Shown here piece after piece: positions 37,070-46,894 of a DNA stretch of 64,000 bases. The translations under genes were made by a program, and so were the position numbers. The notes under the pieces were generated by a model. That model searched no databases, was not told the origin of the DNA, and saw nothing but the letters and a program-made list of their open reading frames with translations. The stretch is taken from the IMG/VR virus record IMGVR_UViG_3300046786_000331, positions 32,001 to 96,000 of that record. One strand, given 5' to 3'. The number at the start of each line of letters is the position of its first letter. Positions within the stretch are counted from its first letter, which is position 1. Source of the DNA: a virus.

Positions 37070-37633
37070 ATGTCGACAGATAGATTTTACAAACAAACTA
37101 CAATTCCTGCTCCTAGTGTAGATTACAAAACAATATGGAATGTAGATCCTAAAGATCCTGCTGACACAAATCCAAGATGGTTAACTTATCCTAAGGATAG
37201 TAAAATCTGGAATGACGACATATTAAATAGATTAAAAACTGTTGGACTAAAACCGAGACTTATAAGAGTCTTTAGATGGAAACCCAACAGTGTGTTTCCT
37301 TGGCATATCGACGGTTCAGTAAATGAAATTACTGAATTTGCAATTAATTGGGTATATGAAGGCAGTGGAATTATTCAGTGGAATTCAAGTTTAGAATTAC
37401 CTAAACCTGCTGAAAAAAATTACCATCTTGCTTACGGGTCTTTTAATGGTAAAGCCGAAGATAAATTTGAAGCAGAAGCATTAGGACATGGATGTGTAGT
37501 TAACACTACTATTCCACACAGAGTTTTGAATTTAAGTGACGTTCATAGAATTACTGTTTCAATACAGTTTGGAAATGAATTCACTTATAGTGAAACTGTA
37601 GAGAAATTAAAATCCTGCGGTTTCATAGAATAA
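37070..37633 (+). CDS. cupin/2OG-Fe(II) oxygenase-like protein
   Basis: WHIDG...PHRV...RITVSI (HxD...H). Confidence 0.75.
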   Translation: MSTDRFYKQTTIPAPSVDYKTIWNVDPKDPADTNPRWLTYPKDSKIWNDDILNRLKTVGLKPRLIRVFRWKPNSVFPWHIDGSVNEITEFAINWVYEGSGIIQWNSSLELPKPAEKNYHLAYGSFNGKAEDKFEAEALGHGCVVNTTIPHRVLNLSDVHRITVSIQFGNEFTYSETVEKLKSCGFIE

Positions 37634-37638
37634 GTTAT

Positions 37639-37712
37639 AGCGGGTAGGGCGGCCACCACTCCAGTCTCATAAGCTCGGAGCATCCCAGGTTCAAATCCTG
37701 GACCCGCATCCA
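37639..37712 (+). tRNA. atypical initiator-like tRNA-Met(CAT)
   Basis: 1-72 mismatch, reduced D arm, extended anticodon stem, CCA. Confidence 0.65.
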
Positions 37713-37717
37713 TATAT

Positions 37718-37794
<77 letters not shown>

Positions 37795-37810
37795 TCAACA
37801 TAAAGGCAAT

Positions 37811-37993
37811 ATGACTAAAGAAGAAGAAAAAGCAGCAACAGATTTAGCACTTGAAGAATTCTTTGCAAAAGGCGGCGTGGTTCAAAAATTAAAACCTAAT
37901 CAAAGTGGAAGAGTAGAAGGTGCAGGTTATTCACCTTGGTCTAAGAAACCCTCTACTAGTCCGTTAGCAAATCCTCCTGAAGACGAAGAATAA
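37811..37993 (+). CDS. small protein, possible SutA-like RNAP-binding motif
   Basis: ALEEFFAKGGVVQKL. Confidence 0.55.
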   Translation: MTKEEEKAATDLALEEFFAKGGVVQKLKPNQSGRVEGAGYSPWSKKPSTSPLANPPEDEE

Positions 37994-38068
37994 CTTGCTG
38001 TAGTTCAATGGATAGAACGGCTCTCTCCTAAAGAGTAGATCCAGGTTCGATTCCTGGTGGCAGGACCA
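37994..38068 (+). tRNA. tRNA-Arg(CCT)
   Basis: loop CTCCTAA, CCA. Confidence 0.9.
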
Positions 38069-38082
38069 GCTATAAATATGTT

Positions 38083-38916
38083 ATGGAATTTTCTTCTCTA
38101 GCATACGCAAAAATAAATCTTGAATTTGATCGAGAAATATTCATTCAAGAATATGATGCACATATCCTTCCGCACACTCGTCAACTGATGAACGGCGAAG
38201 GCGGTATGTTAGCAACTAAAGAATTAAATAAAATTTGGAACATGGTTCCTGAAGAAGAATACAGCACTGCTGATTCTTGGGAACAGCCAGGAGATGTTAC
38301 AACATTCAAAGCTATCATTAAAGGTCGTCAAATGTGGGATTTTGTACAAATCCTAACACTAAAAACTACCGATGGTGATCATCCTTTAATTAAACGTATG
38401 GCTGAAAAGGGTAGCGTAGGTTTACGCAATGAAACACTTGGCCGTGAATACTTTATTAAAGAACAATTTAAAGATTTAAAAATAGTTAAATGGATTTACG
38501 ATAGTTTACCATTAACTATGATTAACAGTATACAATGTGTATCTTTGCCACCGAACTCTTTCTCTACAATTCATAGAGATGGCAAAGGATTGATATCTGA
38601 AAATTTCAGTGGCGGAGTAAACAAAGTTTACAAGTCTGGTTTTGTTGTTATTAACATAAACATAACAGACGGTGGTGTTCCGTTATATTGGGCACCGGAT
38701 CATGCTCCTAGAGCTTGCGAAAAAGCAAACGATCCTGTATACTTAACTAACGATTATTTGTTACATGGTGTTCCAATTTGTACATCAAGACGTAGACAAA
38801 TAAGAGTTACTGGAATTCCAACACAGGAATTAGAGAGTTTGATAGATAAAGATACAATTTTTGATCTAGGCGAAAATTATAAATTTGCCGAGTTAAAGGA
38901 TCATTATAAATATTAA
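38083..38916 (+). CDS. oxygenase-like protein (HxD...H), paralogue of 39663-40487
   Basis: IHRD...NDYLLHGVP...RRRQIRV. Confidence 0.75.
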   Translation: MEFSSLAYAKINLEFDREIFIQEYDAHILPHTRQLMNGEGGMLATKELNKIWNMVPEEEYSTADSWEQPGDVTTFKAIIKGRQMWDFVQILTLKTTDGDHPLIKRMAEKGSVGLRNETLGREYFIKEQFKDLKIVKWIYDSLPLTMINSIQCVSLPPNSFSTIHRDGKGLISENFSGGVNKVYKSGFVVININITDGGVPLYWAPDHAPRACEKANDPVYLTNDYLLHGVPICTSRRRQIRVTGIPTQELESLIDKDTIFDLGENYKFAELKDHYKY

Positions 38917-38919
38917 CAT

Positions 38920-38993
38920 GCGGGGTTCGTATAGTGGTAATACCTTAGCCTTCCAAGCTAATGCTGAGAGTTCGATTCTCTTACCCCGCTCCA
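38920..38993 (+). tRNA. tRNA-Gly(TCC)
   Basis: cloverleaf, CCA. Confidence 0.94.
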
Positions 38994-38997
38994 TTTT

Positions 38998-39573
38998 ATG
39001 CACACAGTAATAGACCAAAACGATATTTTTCGAAAGTTTAATTTTAGTTCCGTGATTACACCGGAAGATAATCAAGAAGCCATAGGCATTATAAAAAGTA
39101 TTATTGCCGACGGAAACTATTTTACTAATTCTCCAAAATATCAAACAAAAGAAAATATTTTTGCTAGACAGGAATCTGTATGGTTAAAGTATAGAATGAG
39201 TTTTTTGTTTAGTGTGTTTATGTACTTGGGTCGTGAAGTTAAGGTATCAAATATGATGGCCTGGAGTTTCATGACAAATCTCGAAGGTGCAGAAGATAGA
39301 GAAAAATTGTGGCATAATCATTGGCATCCACAAAATCCAAATAACAAAATGTTAAGCGGAATCTTTTATCTTCACATTCCAGAGAATGTACAAGACAGAG
39401 ATTATTGCGGAACAGAAATGGCTCCCAATGGTCCTACCGGTGACGGTAAATACTTCGTTAAACCAACTGATGGAAATTGGTTAGTTTATCCAAGTAATCA
39501 ATGGCATAGACCCGGCATTGTGCAAAGCAATGATTATAGGTTTATTTTAGCTGTTGATGTAGAATATCAATAA
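38998..39573 (+). CDS. putative 2OG-Fe(II) oxygenase
   Basis: WHNH, LSGIFYL, YPSNQWH, RFILA. Confidence 0.78.
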   Translation: MHTVIDQNDIFRKFNFSSVITPEDNQEAIGIIKSIIADGNYFTNSPKYQTKENIFARQESVWLKYRMSFLFSVFMYLGREVKVSNMMAWSFMTNLEGAEDREKLWHNHWHPQNPNNKMLSGIFYLHIPENVQDRDYCGTEMAPNGPTGDGKYFVKPTDGNWLVYPSNQWHRPGIVQSNDYRFILAVDVEYQ

Positions 39574-39574
39574 T

Positions 39575-39650
39575 GCGGGCGTAGCTCAGTTGGTAGAGCA
39601 TTACCTTGCCAAGGTAAATGTCGAGAGTTCGAACCTCTTCGCCCGCTCCA
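39575..39650 (+). tRNA. tRNA-Gly(GCC)
   Basis: cloverleaf, CCA. Confidence 0.95.
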
Positions 39651-39662
39651 ATAAATACCTTT

Positions 39663-40487
39663 ATGAATTTTTCAACACTTGCTCATGCAAAACTAAATCT
39701 AAGTTTTGATCAAGAGCTTTTCATAAAGGAATATGACAAGCGCATATATCCTAAATCATTCCCCATTTCTGCGGGAGTTGAATCTATCAATCGTACCATC
39801 AAATTGAATCAAACATGGAACATGGTTGATCCTAATATCTACGAACAAATCAATACAAACAGAGTTGACGAAAAGGGTGTGTATACTCCTATCGATAGAG
39901 GTCGCAAATCTTGGGTCATGCGACAACTGCTAGAACTAGATACTACAGAGATAACAAATCCTGTACTATTAAAATTTGCATCTATCGGAGGTGTTGGGTT
40001 GCGCAATGCTGCATACCAACATAATTTTAAAGTTAAAGAAGATTGTAAAGATTTACAGATTGTTGATTGGATTTATAAAAATTTACCTTTTGAAAAAATA
40101 GTAAGTATACATTGTGTTGCTATTGACCCAGATGGGTTTGCTCCGATACATAGAGATGACAAGAGTTTATTTGACAATAAGTCTAGTGTAGGCACTAATT
40201 TGTTCTACAAAAATAACTTTGTAATCATTAACATAAACGTCAGCAGTGGCGGTGTTCCTTTGTGTTGGGGACTTGACATGCCTAATGCAGATAACTGCCA
40301 TAAAGCTGACGATGCTGTTTATCTAACTAATGATTATTTCTTACACGGTGTTCCGCAGGTTACATCTCGAAGAAGACAAATACGTGTATCCGGAATTCCA
40401 AAACCAGAAATGTACGAACTATTTGATAAACAATCTATAGTTGACGTAGGCAACGATTATATTTTTAATCCTTTGTATCCAGGTTAA
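39663..40487 (+). CDS. oxygenase-like protein (HxD...H), paralogue of 38083-38916
   Basis: IHRD...NDYFLHGVP...RRRQIRV. Confidence 0.75.
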   Translation: MNFSTLAHAKLNLSFDQELFIKEYDKRIYPKSFPISAGVESINRTIKLNQTWNMVDPNIYEQINTNRVDEKGVYTPIDRGRKSWVMRQLLELDTTEITNPVLLKFASIGGVGLRNAAYQHNFKVKEDCKDLQIVDWIYKNLPFEKIVSIHCVAIDPDGFAPIHRDDKSLFDNKSSVGTNLFYKNNFVIININVSSGGVPLCWGLDMPNADNCHKADDAVYLTNDYFLHGVPQVTSRRRQIRVSGIPKPEMYELFDKQSIVDVGNDYIFNPLYPG

Positions 40488-40515
40488 ATAGTAGCACTTA
40501 AAGGAAACATATTAA

Positions 40516-41976
40516 ATGGATGTTGTATTATGGAATGCGGGACCGGATTATACCCCCTATACAATTTTTAGAACATTAGGCCCATATAAAATTTCTCATG
40601 CAACAAGAAATGCAGGTTACACTTCGCAGGTTATCGATCATGTTAATTGGATGACTGAAGAGGAGTTGTATAACTGTACAATTAAGTTTGTTGACAACGA
40701 AACAACGCTTCTTGGTATTTCCACAACATTCTTAATGGCTGGTACTCATGAACTGCCTGCACACGCATTAAATGTCTTACATCGAATCACAGAAGAGTTT
40801 CCTAAAATACATGTTGTGTTTGGCGGCTATCAGGCAAGAGATCCGACCTTAAGAAACATCATTAGGGCCAAGTACTCTGTTATATTAGAGTACGGTGAAG
40901 ATACCTTTGTTGAGTTATTAGAATATCACAAAGGTAAAGGCAAGTTGCCTCCTTTCACATTGATTACAAGACCCTGGGGCAACGTAAAAGTTTTCAAAAC
41001 TCCCAAGGTACAAAAATTCGATATCGAAAAAGACAATCATTTGTTCACTGATCAAGATTGTATTCTTCCCAACGAAACACTGCCTATTGAAATCAGTAGA
41101 GGCTGTATTTTCAAATGTAAGTTTTGTAATCACTTAATGCTAGGGCGAGGTAAATTAGATTACCTTCGAAGCATGGAATGTGTAAAACAAGAGTTGATTC
41201 ACAATTACGAGAAGTGGAACATTACAAACTATTACATCATTTGTGATACGTTTAATGACACTGAGTATAAGATGCAAGAGTGGCATAAGATGGTAACGTC
41301 ATTGCCTTTCAAGATACAATATACTGCATACCTAAGAGCAGACTTATTAGACAGATATCCAGATGTTCCTTATCTTTTAAAAGAGTCAGGACTGATATCT
41401 GGATTCCACGGAATTGAAACTCTAAGTCAACACGGATCAACAGTCATCGGAAAAGGATGGAGTGGCAAGAAAGCCAAGGACTATATTCCTAAACTCTATC
41501 ACGATATCTGGGGTGGTGAAGTTTTTCAAACCTTGAGTTTTATTGTTGGCTTGCCCGGGGATACTAGAGAAACATTTGTTGATACATTAGATTGGTTTGA
41601 GCAGAATGATTTACATCACATGGCTATTCACAATCTAGGAATCAACAACAATAAGTTTAACAAGCATCTAAGTGAGTTTGACTTAAATGCTGAAAGCTAT
41701 GGTTATACGTTTCCTTGGCCCGAGCGTCCGTGGGCATGGAAAAATGATCAATGGGATCATGATCAAGTAGAAGCGTTTGTTAAAGAACAACAACCTAGAA
41801 TCGGAAAAATATCTGCATGGTATGGTTCGTGGGTTACACTAATGTTGATGCAATACGGGTTTGATAAGAGCTTGTTTAAAAAGGAAGCATCTAGAACAGC
41901 ATTTACAGTACCTCAGTTAAATAGTTTAGCGAAAGAACAAATTCAGCGTTATATTAAAAAAATATTAGAACTATGA
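40516..41976 (+). CDS. B12-binding-domain radical SAM protein
   Basis: SRGCIFKCKFC (CxxxCxxC), N-terminal GISTTF/VFGG, FIVGLPGDT. Confidence 0.88.
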   Translation: MDVVLWNAGPDYTPYTIFRTLGPYKISHATRNAGYTSQVIDHVNWMTEEELYNCTIKFVDNETTLLGISTTFLMAGTHELPAHALNVLHRITEEFPKIHVVFGGYQARDPTLRNIIRAKYSVILEYGEDTFVELLEYHKGKGKLPPFTLITRPWGNVKVFKTPKVQKFDIEKDNHLFTDQDCILPNETLPIEISRGCIFKCKFCNHLMLGRGKLDYLRSMECVKQELIHNYEKWNITNYYIICDTFNDTEYKMQEWHKMVTSLPFKIQYTAYLRADLLDRYPDVPYLLKESGLISGFHGIETLSQHGSTVIGKGWSGKKAKDYIPKLYHDIWGGEVFQTLSFIVGLPGDTRETFVDTLDWFEQNDLHHMAIHNLGINNNKFNKHLSEFDLNAESYGYTFPWPERPWAWKNDQWDHDQVEAFVKEQQPRIGKISAWYGSWVTLMLMQYGFDKSLFKKEASRTAFTVPQLNSLAKEQIQRYIKKILEL

Positions 41977-43109
41977 TACCCGAGATAAGTTACCCAAATG
42001 TGTTAGTACCCGTTGCGTTTCCAGAGGATCCTCTGTTAGACAAGGCATCGGTATTGTCTCAATTTGACAATAACACAGGGTTACAGGTATTGCATCTTAA
42101 AGAAGATATCCTTAAACCAGATGTAGTAAAGATGCTTGCTGACAGAAATCTGTCAATAGATAAGATAGATGTTTGGCGCTGGAACCTATCAATGACTAGA
42201 GGACAACCACCGCACACTGATGGCGGCTACGGAGATACAAAAGGTAGAAAGGTTGGACTGAATTGGTCATTGGCTCCTGATAATAGCAGTATCGACTTTT
42301 ACGATACTGCGTATGGTACTCCACAATTCGAAGCCATTGAAGATAGAAGCCATACTTTTTGGAAGATGGCTGAAGGCACTAAGCCGTTAGTTTCGTGGCG
42401 CAATAGATATCCCTCAGTTATTAATACTCAAACACCACATGCTATCACTGGACCCGAGGGTGAGTTTCGTTATAGCATGACAATAAAGTTCGTAGGAAAT
42501 CCTAGCTTCGACGAAGTAATTTCTAATTTGTGGGATTTACGATTAGATACTGATTGCTGGCCATTAAAAATGTCAGATGAAGAAGTTGAGATTGTTAAAC
42601 AAGAAGTAATCAAATTAGAAAAACTTCCAAACGTTGTTCAGAATGTAGGAGAGAAAATTGCTTCTTATAAGCTGCCTATTGTTCCTGATAGTTTGCTGGT
42701 AAAAACAATAGAAAAATACTGTAAGAGAAAATTTAAATCTTTTCGAATTTTTCATATGCAACCAGGTGTAAGAGCCGAGATGCATGTTGACTATGATCAA
42801 TGGCTTAAAGTTATTCCTGGATATGCTTTAAACTTTCCATTGTTTGGCTGCGAAGATAGCAGCGTAGAATTTTTTAGAAATCTTGGTGATCAAGAAGCTA
42901 GATCGCACGAAAAGTCCGGAGTGGGCGGATATCTATATCCCACAGATCCTAATAAGGTGTTTTTAAATCATACATTGTATATGTTAGAGCCACATCTTAT
43001 TAGAGTTAACGTTCCACACTTAGTTGATAATTTTTCTAATCATGAAAGAAAGATTTTAAGTGTGCGATTCTTTGAAGAAGAAAACGACCTCCCTTCAAAC
43101 ATAATTTAG
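41973..43109 (+). CDS. tandem cupin/oxygenase-like protein
   Basis: two HxD...PH...R repeats. Confidence 0.72.
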   Translation: MIPEISYPNVLVPVAFPEDPLLDKASVLSQFDNNTGLQVLHLKEDILKPDVVKMLADRNLSIDKIDVWRWNLSMTRGQPPHTDGGYGDTKGRKVGLNWSLAPDNSSIDFYDTAYGTPQFEAIEDRSHTFWKMAEGTKPLVSWRNRYPSVINTQTPHAITGPEGEFRYSMTIKFVGNPSFDEVISNLWDLRLDTDCWPLKMSDEEVEIVKQEVIKLEKLPNVVQNVGEKIASYKLPIVPDSLLVKTIEKYCKRKFKSFRIFHMQPGVRAEMHVDYDQWLKVIPGYALNFPLFGCEDSSVEFFRNLGDQEARSHEKSGVGGYLYPTDPNKVFLNHTLYMLEPHLIRVNVPHLVDNFSNHERKILSVRFFEEENDLPSNII

Positions 43110-43184
43110 CTGGCCATCGTATAATGGATAATACAACTCTCTTCTAAAGAGTGAATGTGGGTTCAATTCCTGCTGGCCGGACCA
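43110..43184 (+). tRNA. tRNA-Arg(TCT)
   Basis: loop CTTCTAA, CCA. Confidence 0.92.
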
Positions 43185-43189
43185 GACAT

Positions 43190-43263
43190 GCTCTCATAGT
43201 TAAATGGTAGAACGCCTCTTTGGTATGGAGGTGATGAAAGTTCGATTCTTTCTGAGAGCACCA
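43190..43263 (+). tRNA. tRNA-Thr(GGT)
   Basis: cloverleaf, CCA. Confidence 0.9.
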
Positions 43264-43298
43264 TTGACAAAGTAAATAAGAGAAAGTATAATAACAGA

Positions 43299-43529
43299 AT
43301 GTATAAAGTAAACGGAAAAAACGTAATGTATGAAGTGCATACATTAGATGAAGCAATGAAGTGGGCAAAGCAAATGAATGAGTTTGTTACTATTGTAGGT
43401 GACGACTTTGAAGTATGTGGAATGTTCGGAGTAGACAGCATCAAGGACGGAAAGTGTCCAGACGGTGTTGCATACGATTGGAACAAGGCATCACGTATCG
43501 GAAGAGTAAAGAAAGAACGAGTAGTATAA
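43299..43529 (+). CDS. hypothetical protein (probably leaderless)
   Basis: TTGACA...TATAAT ends 6 nt before ATG. Confidence 0.7.
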   Translation: MYKVNGKNVMYEVHTLDEAMKWAKQMNEFVTIVGDDFEVCGMFGVDSIKDGKCPDGVAYDWNKASRIGRVKKERVV

Positions 43530-43909
43530 TGGAACACAAGCAAGTCATTGTAATGCGTAAGGATTTAAACATGCGAAAGGGCAAGTTAGTTGCTCAAGGA
43601 GCTCATGCTTCTCTTGGCGCAATTTTAAGTCTTTGTAAGCAGGACGGAGACAAGCTAATTCTTGAAATGGACGAACGTACTAGGCCTTGGCTTACAGGAC
43701 GTTTCAAGAAAATTTGTGTTTATGTAAACACTGAGCAAGAGTTATTAGATATTCATCAGGAAGCAAAACTGCATGGACTAGTAACCAGCCTTATACAAGA
43801 TGCAGGACTAACAGAATTTGGTGGTGTTAAAACATATACCGCTGTTGCAGTAGGTCCGGATCGAGAAGATAGAATCGATGCAGTTTGTAAACATTTACCG
43901 TTATATTAA
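43529..43909 (+). CDS. peptidyl-tRNA hydrolase, Pth2 family
   Basis: KQVIVMRKDLNMRKGKLVAQGAHA, IQDAGLTE, AVGP. Confidence 0.93.
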   Translation: MEHKQVIVMRKDLNMRKGKLVAQGAHASLGAILSLCKQDGDKLILEMDERTRPWLTGRFKKICVYVNTEQELLDIHQEAKLHGLVTSLIQDAGLTEFGGVKTYTAVAVGPDREDRIDAVCKHLPLY

Positions 43910-43919
43910 GGAGAACCAT

Positions 43920-44597
43920 ATGAAACGTGTAATCGAAATTCGTGCCGCAGAAGGTGGCGAAGATAGTAAGTTATTTGTAAGTGATCTCGCGACTGCTTAC
44001 AGCAAATTAGGAATGAAGCTGGGCTGAACTACCCGCCTGATAGATGTGCGTCAAGGTGAATGTAGTTTAGAAGTTCAGGGCGCAGATTTATCCGGCTTAG
44101 ATAACGAGCCAGGTGGACATAGGATACAGCGAGTTCCACCAACCGAAAGGAAGGGGCGTGTCCATACAAGCACAGTAACGGTTGCAGTCATAGACTCCGA
44201 CACAGAAATTGGATCTGTTTCTATACTAGAAAAAGATTTAAAAATCGAATGGTATAGCGGTACTGGTGCTGGAGGTCAATACAGGAACAAACATCAAAAC
44301 TCATGCCGGATAACTCACATACCTACAGGTACTGTAGCTAAAGCAGAGTGCAGAAGTAGGACAAATAGTCTTGAAGAAGCTATGGCTGCTATACAACAAC
44401 GAGTTGACACAGCAGCTAATAGGCAGTACACTAATAGTATCGCTAGCAATAGAAAGCAACAAGTTGGCTCCGGAATGCGAGGAGACAAAATTCGCACTTA
44501 TCGCTTTCAAGACGATACTGTGCAGGATCACGTAACCGGTAAAAAAGCAAACGCTAAAAAAGTGTTATCTGGTAACTTTGACTTACTTTGGAACTAA
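43920..44597 (+). CDS. RF1-like peptide chain release factor with in-frame TGA at codon 36
   Basis: SD, IEIRAAEGGED, HRIQRVPPTE (PxT), GRVHTS, GAGGQ; TGA at 44025-44027. Confidence 0.85.
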
Positions 44598-44816
44598 ATG
44601 GCAAAAGACGATATCATTGAATTGACAGGCACAGTTGAAGAAGTATTGCCGGGCAATATGTTTAAAGTGAAGGTAGACAACCTTCCTAATCTATTGCTCT
44701 GCTATACTAGCGGAAAACTTAAACAACACAAGATTAGAATTATTCTCGGTGACAAAATTAAGTTAGAAGTTAGTCCATACGACCTCACTAAAGGTCGTGT
44801 AACATACAGATTATAA
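44598..44816 (+). CDS. infA: translation initiation factor IF-1
   Basis: MAKDDIIELTGTVEEVLP...SPYDLTKGRVTYR. Confidence 0.96.
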   Translation: MAKDDIIELTGTVEEVLPGNMFKVKVDNLPNLLLCYTSGKLKQHKIRIILGDKIKLEVSPYDLTKGRVTYRL

Positions 44817-44817
44817 T

Positions 44818-45069
44818 ATGACAAAAGAAATTCCAGTTCACAGAGATCAATTAGGTCGAGTACTTAATATGGGAGACTGTGTTGCTTATCCTCAGAGCAA
44901 CAGTCTTGTGATTGGTGTTGTTCGTAAGATTAATCCTAAGATGATTGGTGTTCGAAGAATCGGTAAAAATGGTTGGGGTTCAGAGAAAAACAAATATCCT
45001 GTAGATTGTGTTAAACTCGACGGCCCTGAAGTTACAATGTTTATTATCAAGAACGCAGGTACAGAATGA
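44818..45069 (+). CDS. hypothetical protein
   Basis: ORF in operon. Confidence 0.7.
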   Translation: MTKEIPVHRDQLGRVLNMGDCVAYPQSNSLVIGVVRKINPKMIGVRRIGKNGWGSEKNKYPVDCVKLDGPEVTMFIIKNAGTE

Positions 45070-45260
45070 TTTACATTTTAATGATTTGGACAGTAGTAGG
45101 TGTAGGTGCTGCTGATAGGACTCCTAACATTATCAAAATGGATTGGCGTCCACTCGGCGAGTTTTATTCGGGTATAGATAACGGTAAAGAAATGTGTGAA
45201 AAAGCTGCTCGTGAGCTTGGTTTGAAAACTGAAAACTATCGTTGCATTAGGAGCAAGTAA
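45066..45260 (+). CDS. hypothetical protein
   Basis: coupled ORF. Confidence 0.65.
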   Translation: MIYILMIWTVVGVGAADRTPNIIKMDWRPLGEFYSGIDNGKEMCEKAARELGLKTENYRCIRSK

Positions 45261-45520
45261 TGAAATTCATCCGTCAAGTAATCAGAGGTGCAGGATATCT
45301 TGAAGGCTACGGTGATCACCCGGGCAAAGACGCAGTAGTGATAACGCTTCTTGTTTGCGGTCTTGCAGGAATTGAGAAGGGCGGACTTACTGGATTCCTG
45401 GGAGGCATGGCCATTGGAGCAATCTTTGTTCTTCCGTTATTTGTCGTCGGTTGTATTGATCGTGCAAATGCCTGTGATAAACAACAGGCTCTGTTATTAG
45501 AGAAGATTAAGAATAGTTAA
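45260..45520 (+). CDS. hypothetical membrane protein
   Basis: 2 TM segments, SD. Confidence 0.65.
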   Translation: MKFIRQVIRGAGYLEGYGDHPGKDAVVITLLVCGLAGIEKGGLTGFLGGMAIGAIFVLPLFVVGCIDRANACDKQQALLLEKIKNS

Positions 45521-45535
45521 CCGTGAGGAGTTATC

Positions 45536-45907
45536 ATGAGTATGTATAATATGATTTTTGGAATGAACCCAGACACTGATAAGATCCTATCATTGTTGGG
45601 TAAGACACAGGGCGATTTCGGTCGCTTCCGCAGTGTATTTCTCGAGGACGGTTATATTGTTGTTCACACACGCAACGGTGGTGGCAATCGTGAAGACTAT
45701 GAAGATGTCTTTGAAGAAATGTCTGATCATCCTTGGTACAGTCACGACGAAGATGACAGCTTCGACTGCACTTATGCAAACATCTACTTCAAGGTGCCTG
45801 AAGGTAAAGAAGAAACATTAGTAGCATTGCACAACTTTGATAAAGGTGCTAATCCTGCTAATCAGTGGGCAGAACTCTTTGCCATGATGGAAGCATTGAA
45901 GAAGTAA
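45536..45907 (+). CDS. conserved phage hypothetical protein
   Basis: HTRNGGGNRE...DDSFDCTYA. Confidence 0.8.
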   Translation: MSMYNMIFGMNPDTDKILSLLGKTQGDFGRFRSVFLEDGYIVVHTRNGGGNREDYEDVFEEMSDHPWYSHDEDDSFDCTYANIYFKVPEGKEETLVALHNFDKGANPANQWAELFAMMEALKK

Positions 45908-46141
45908 ATGACTGTATACGCAGACGGAATAAAGTATCAAACAATGTATCTTCCTTGTGGAGGTGTTGCAGATTTTGACGAGTCAAGCGGTATTAGCTAT
46001 CGCTGTGAGTGCGGCGCAGTTGTGGGTAGTATTGGTCAACCACGTGAGTGTGTTGAAGAAGCAAAGAAATATGATGTCCTTAAAGCCTTAGGCGGCAAAG
46101 GTTGGGATTATAATAAAGGAGAACCTTATGCCTTGGATTGA
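45908..46141 (+). CDS. hypothetical Cys-containing protein
   Basis: ORF in operon. Confidence 0.65.
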   Translation: MTVYADGIKYQTMYLPCGGVADFDESSGISYRCECGAVVGSIGQPRECVEEAKKYDVLKALGGKGWDYNKGEPYALD

Positions 46142-46619
46142 AAATGTATCACTAGGAGATATTCCTAAAGGTCGGCACCACAATGCTGGCGAGAATTCCA
46201 TGCTGATACAGATTGTAGATCCGGACATGGAGTTTCCTGTGCCTATGCACACATTCAAAGAGACACATCAGTTTAAGTTTCTCGACTTAGAGAAAGACGA
46301 CGATGCAGACGAAGCACTAAAGATCACAGATACGCAAGCAGAACAACTTGTAGCACTTCTACAACACGCATTAGACAAGCGTATGAATGTTGTGGTACAT
46401 TGTGTAGCAGGTGTATGTCGTAGCGGTGCTGTATGTGAAGTAGGCACTATCTTAGGTTTCAACGATACTGAAGCATTCCGTAGTCCTAATCTTCTTGTCA
46501 AACACAAGATGATGAAAGTTTTAGGCATGACTTACAATGAAAACGAGCCGCATACTATCAACGGAGTGACTACTGATTGGGGATTTGTAATACCCAAGCA
46601 GCGTGAAGGGGATATCTGA
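46128..46619 (+). CDS. protein-tyrosine/dual-specificity phosphatase-like
   Basis: VHCVAGVCRS (HCx5R). Confidence 0.85.
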   Translation: MPWIENVSLGDIPKGRHHNAGENSMLIQIVDPDMEFPVPMHTFKETHQFKFLDLEKDDDADEALKITDTQAEQLVALLQHALDKRMNVVVHCVAGVCRSGAVCEVGTILGFNDTEAFRSPNLLVKHKMMKVLGMTYNENEPHTINGVTTDWGFVIPKQREGDI

Positions 46620-46681
46620 TTGACGCTCTCCTAGAATGGTGCTATAATGTTTATACACAGACACATTTTTAGGAGTAGATT

Positions 46682-46894
46682 ATGGCACAGATCAAGAAGC
46701 CTAATGTTACAGCGTTCAAAGTTGAACTAACAGAGTACGAACGCGGTTGGGGACAAAAGCCCTGGGATACTATCTACTTTGACAACGAAGCCGAAGCTCG
46801 TCAATACGCTATTGACTACAATACTAAACACAATAATCTAGACTCTGCACCTGACTGGTATGTTCGTGCAGACTATGCAGGAAAGGTTGCATAA
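46682..46894 (+). CDS. hypothetical protein
   Basis: TTGACG-17-TATAAT promoter and SD upstream. Confidence 0.75.
   Translation: MAQIKKPNVTAFKVELTEYERGWGQKPWDTIYFDNEAEARQYAIDYNTKHNNLDSAPDWYVRADYAGKVA

Noticed and set aside
37994-43184. Amber suppressor tRNAs (loops contain CTA)
   Set aside because: With 5-bp stems and 7-nt loops the anticodons are CCT and TCT (Arg).
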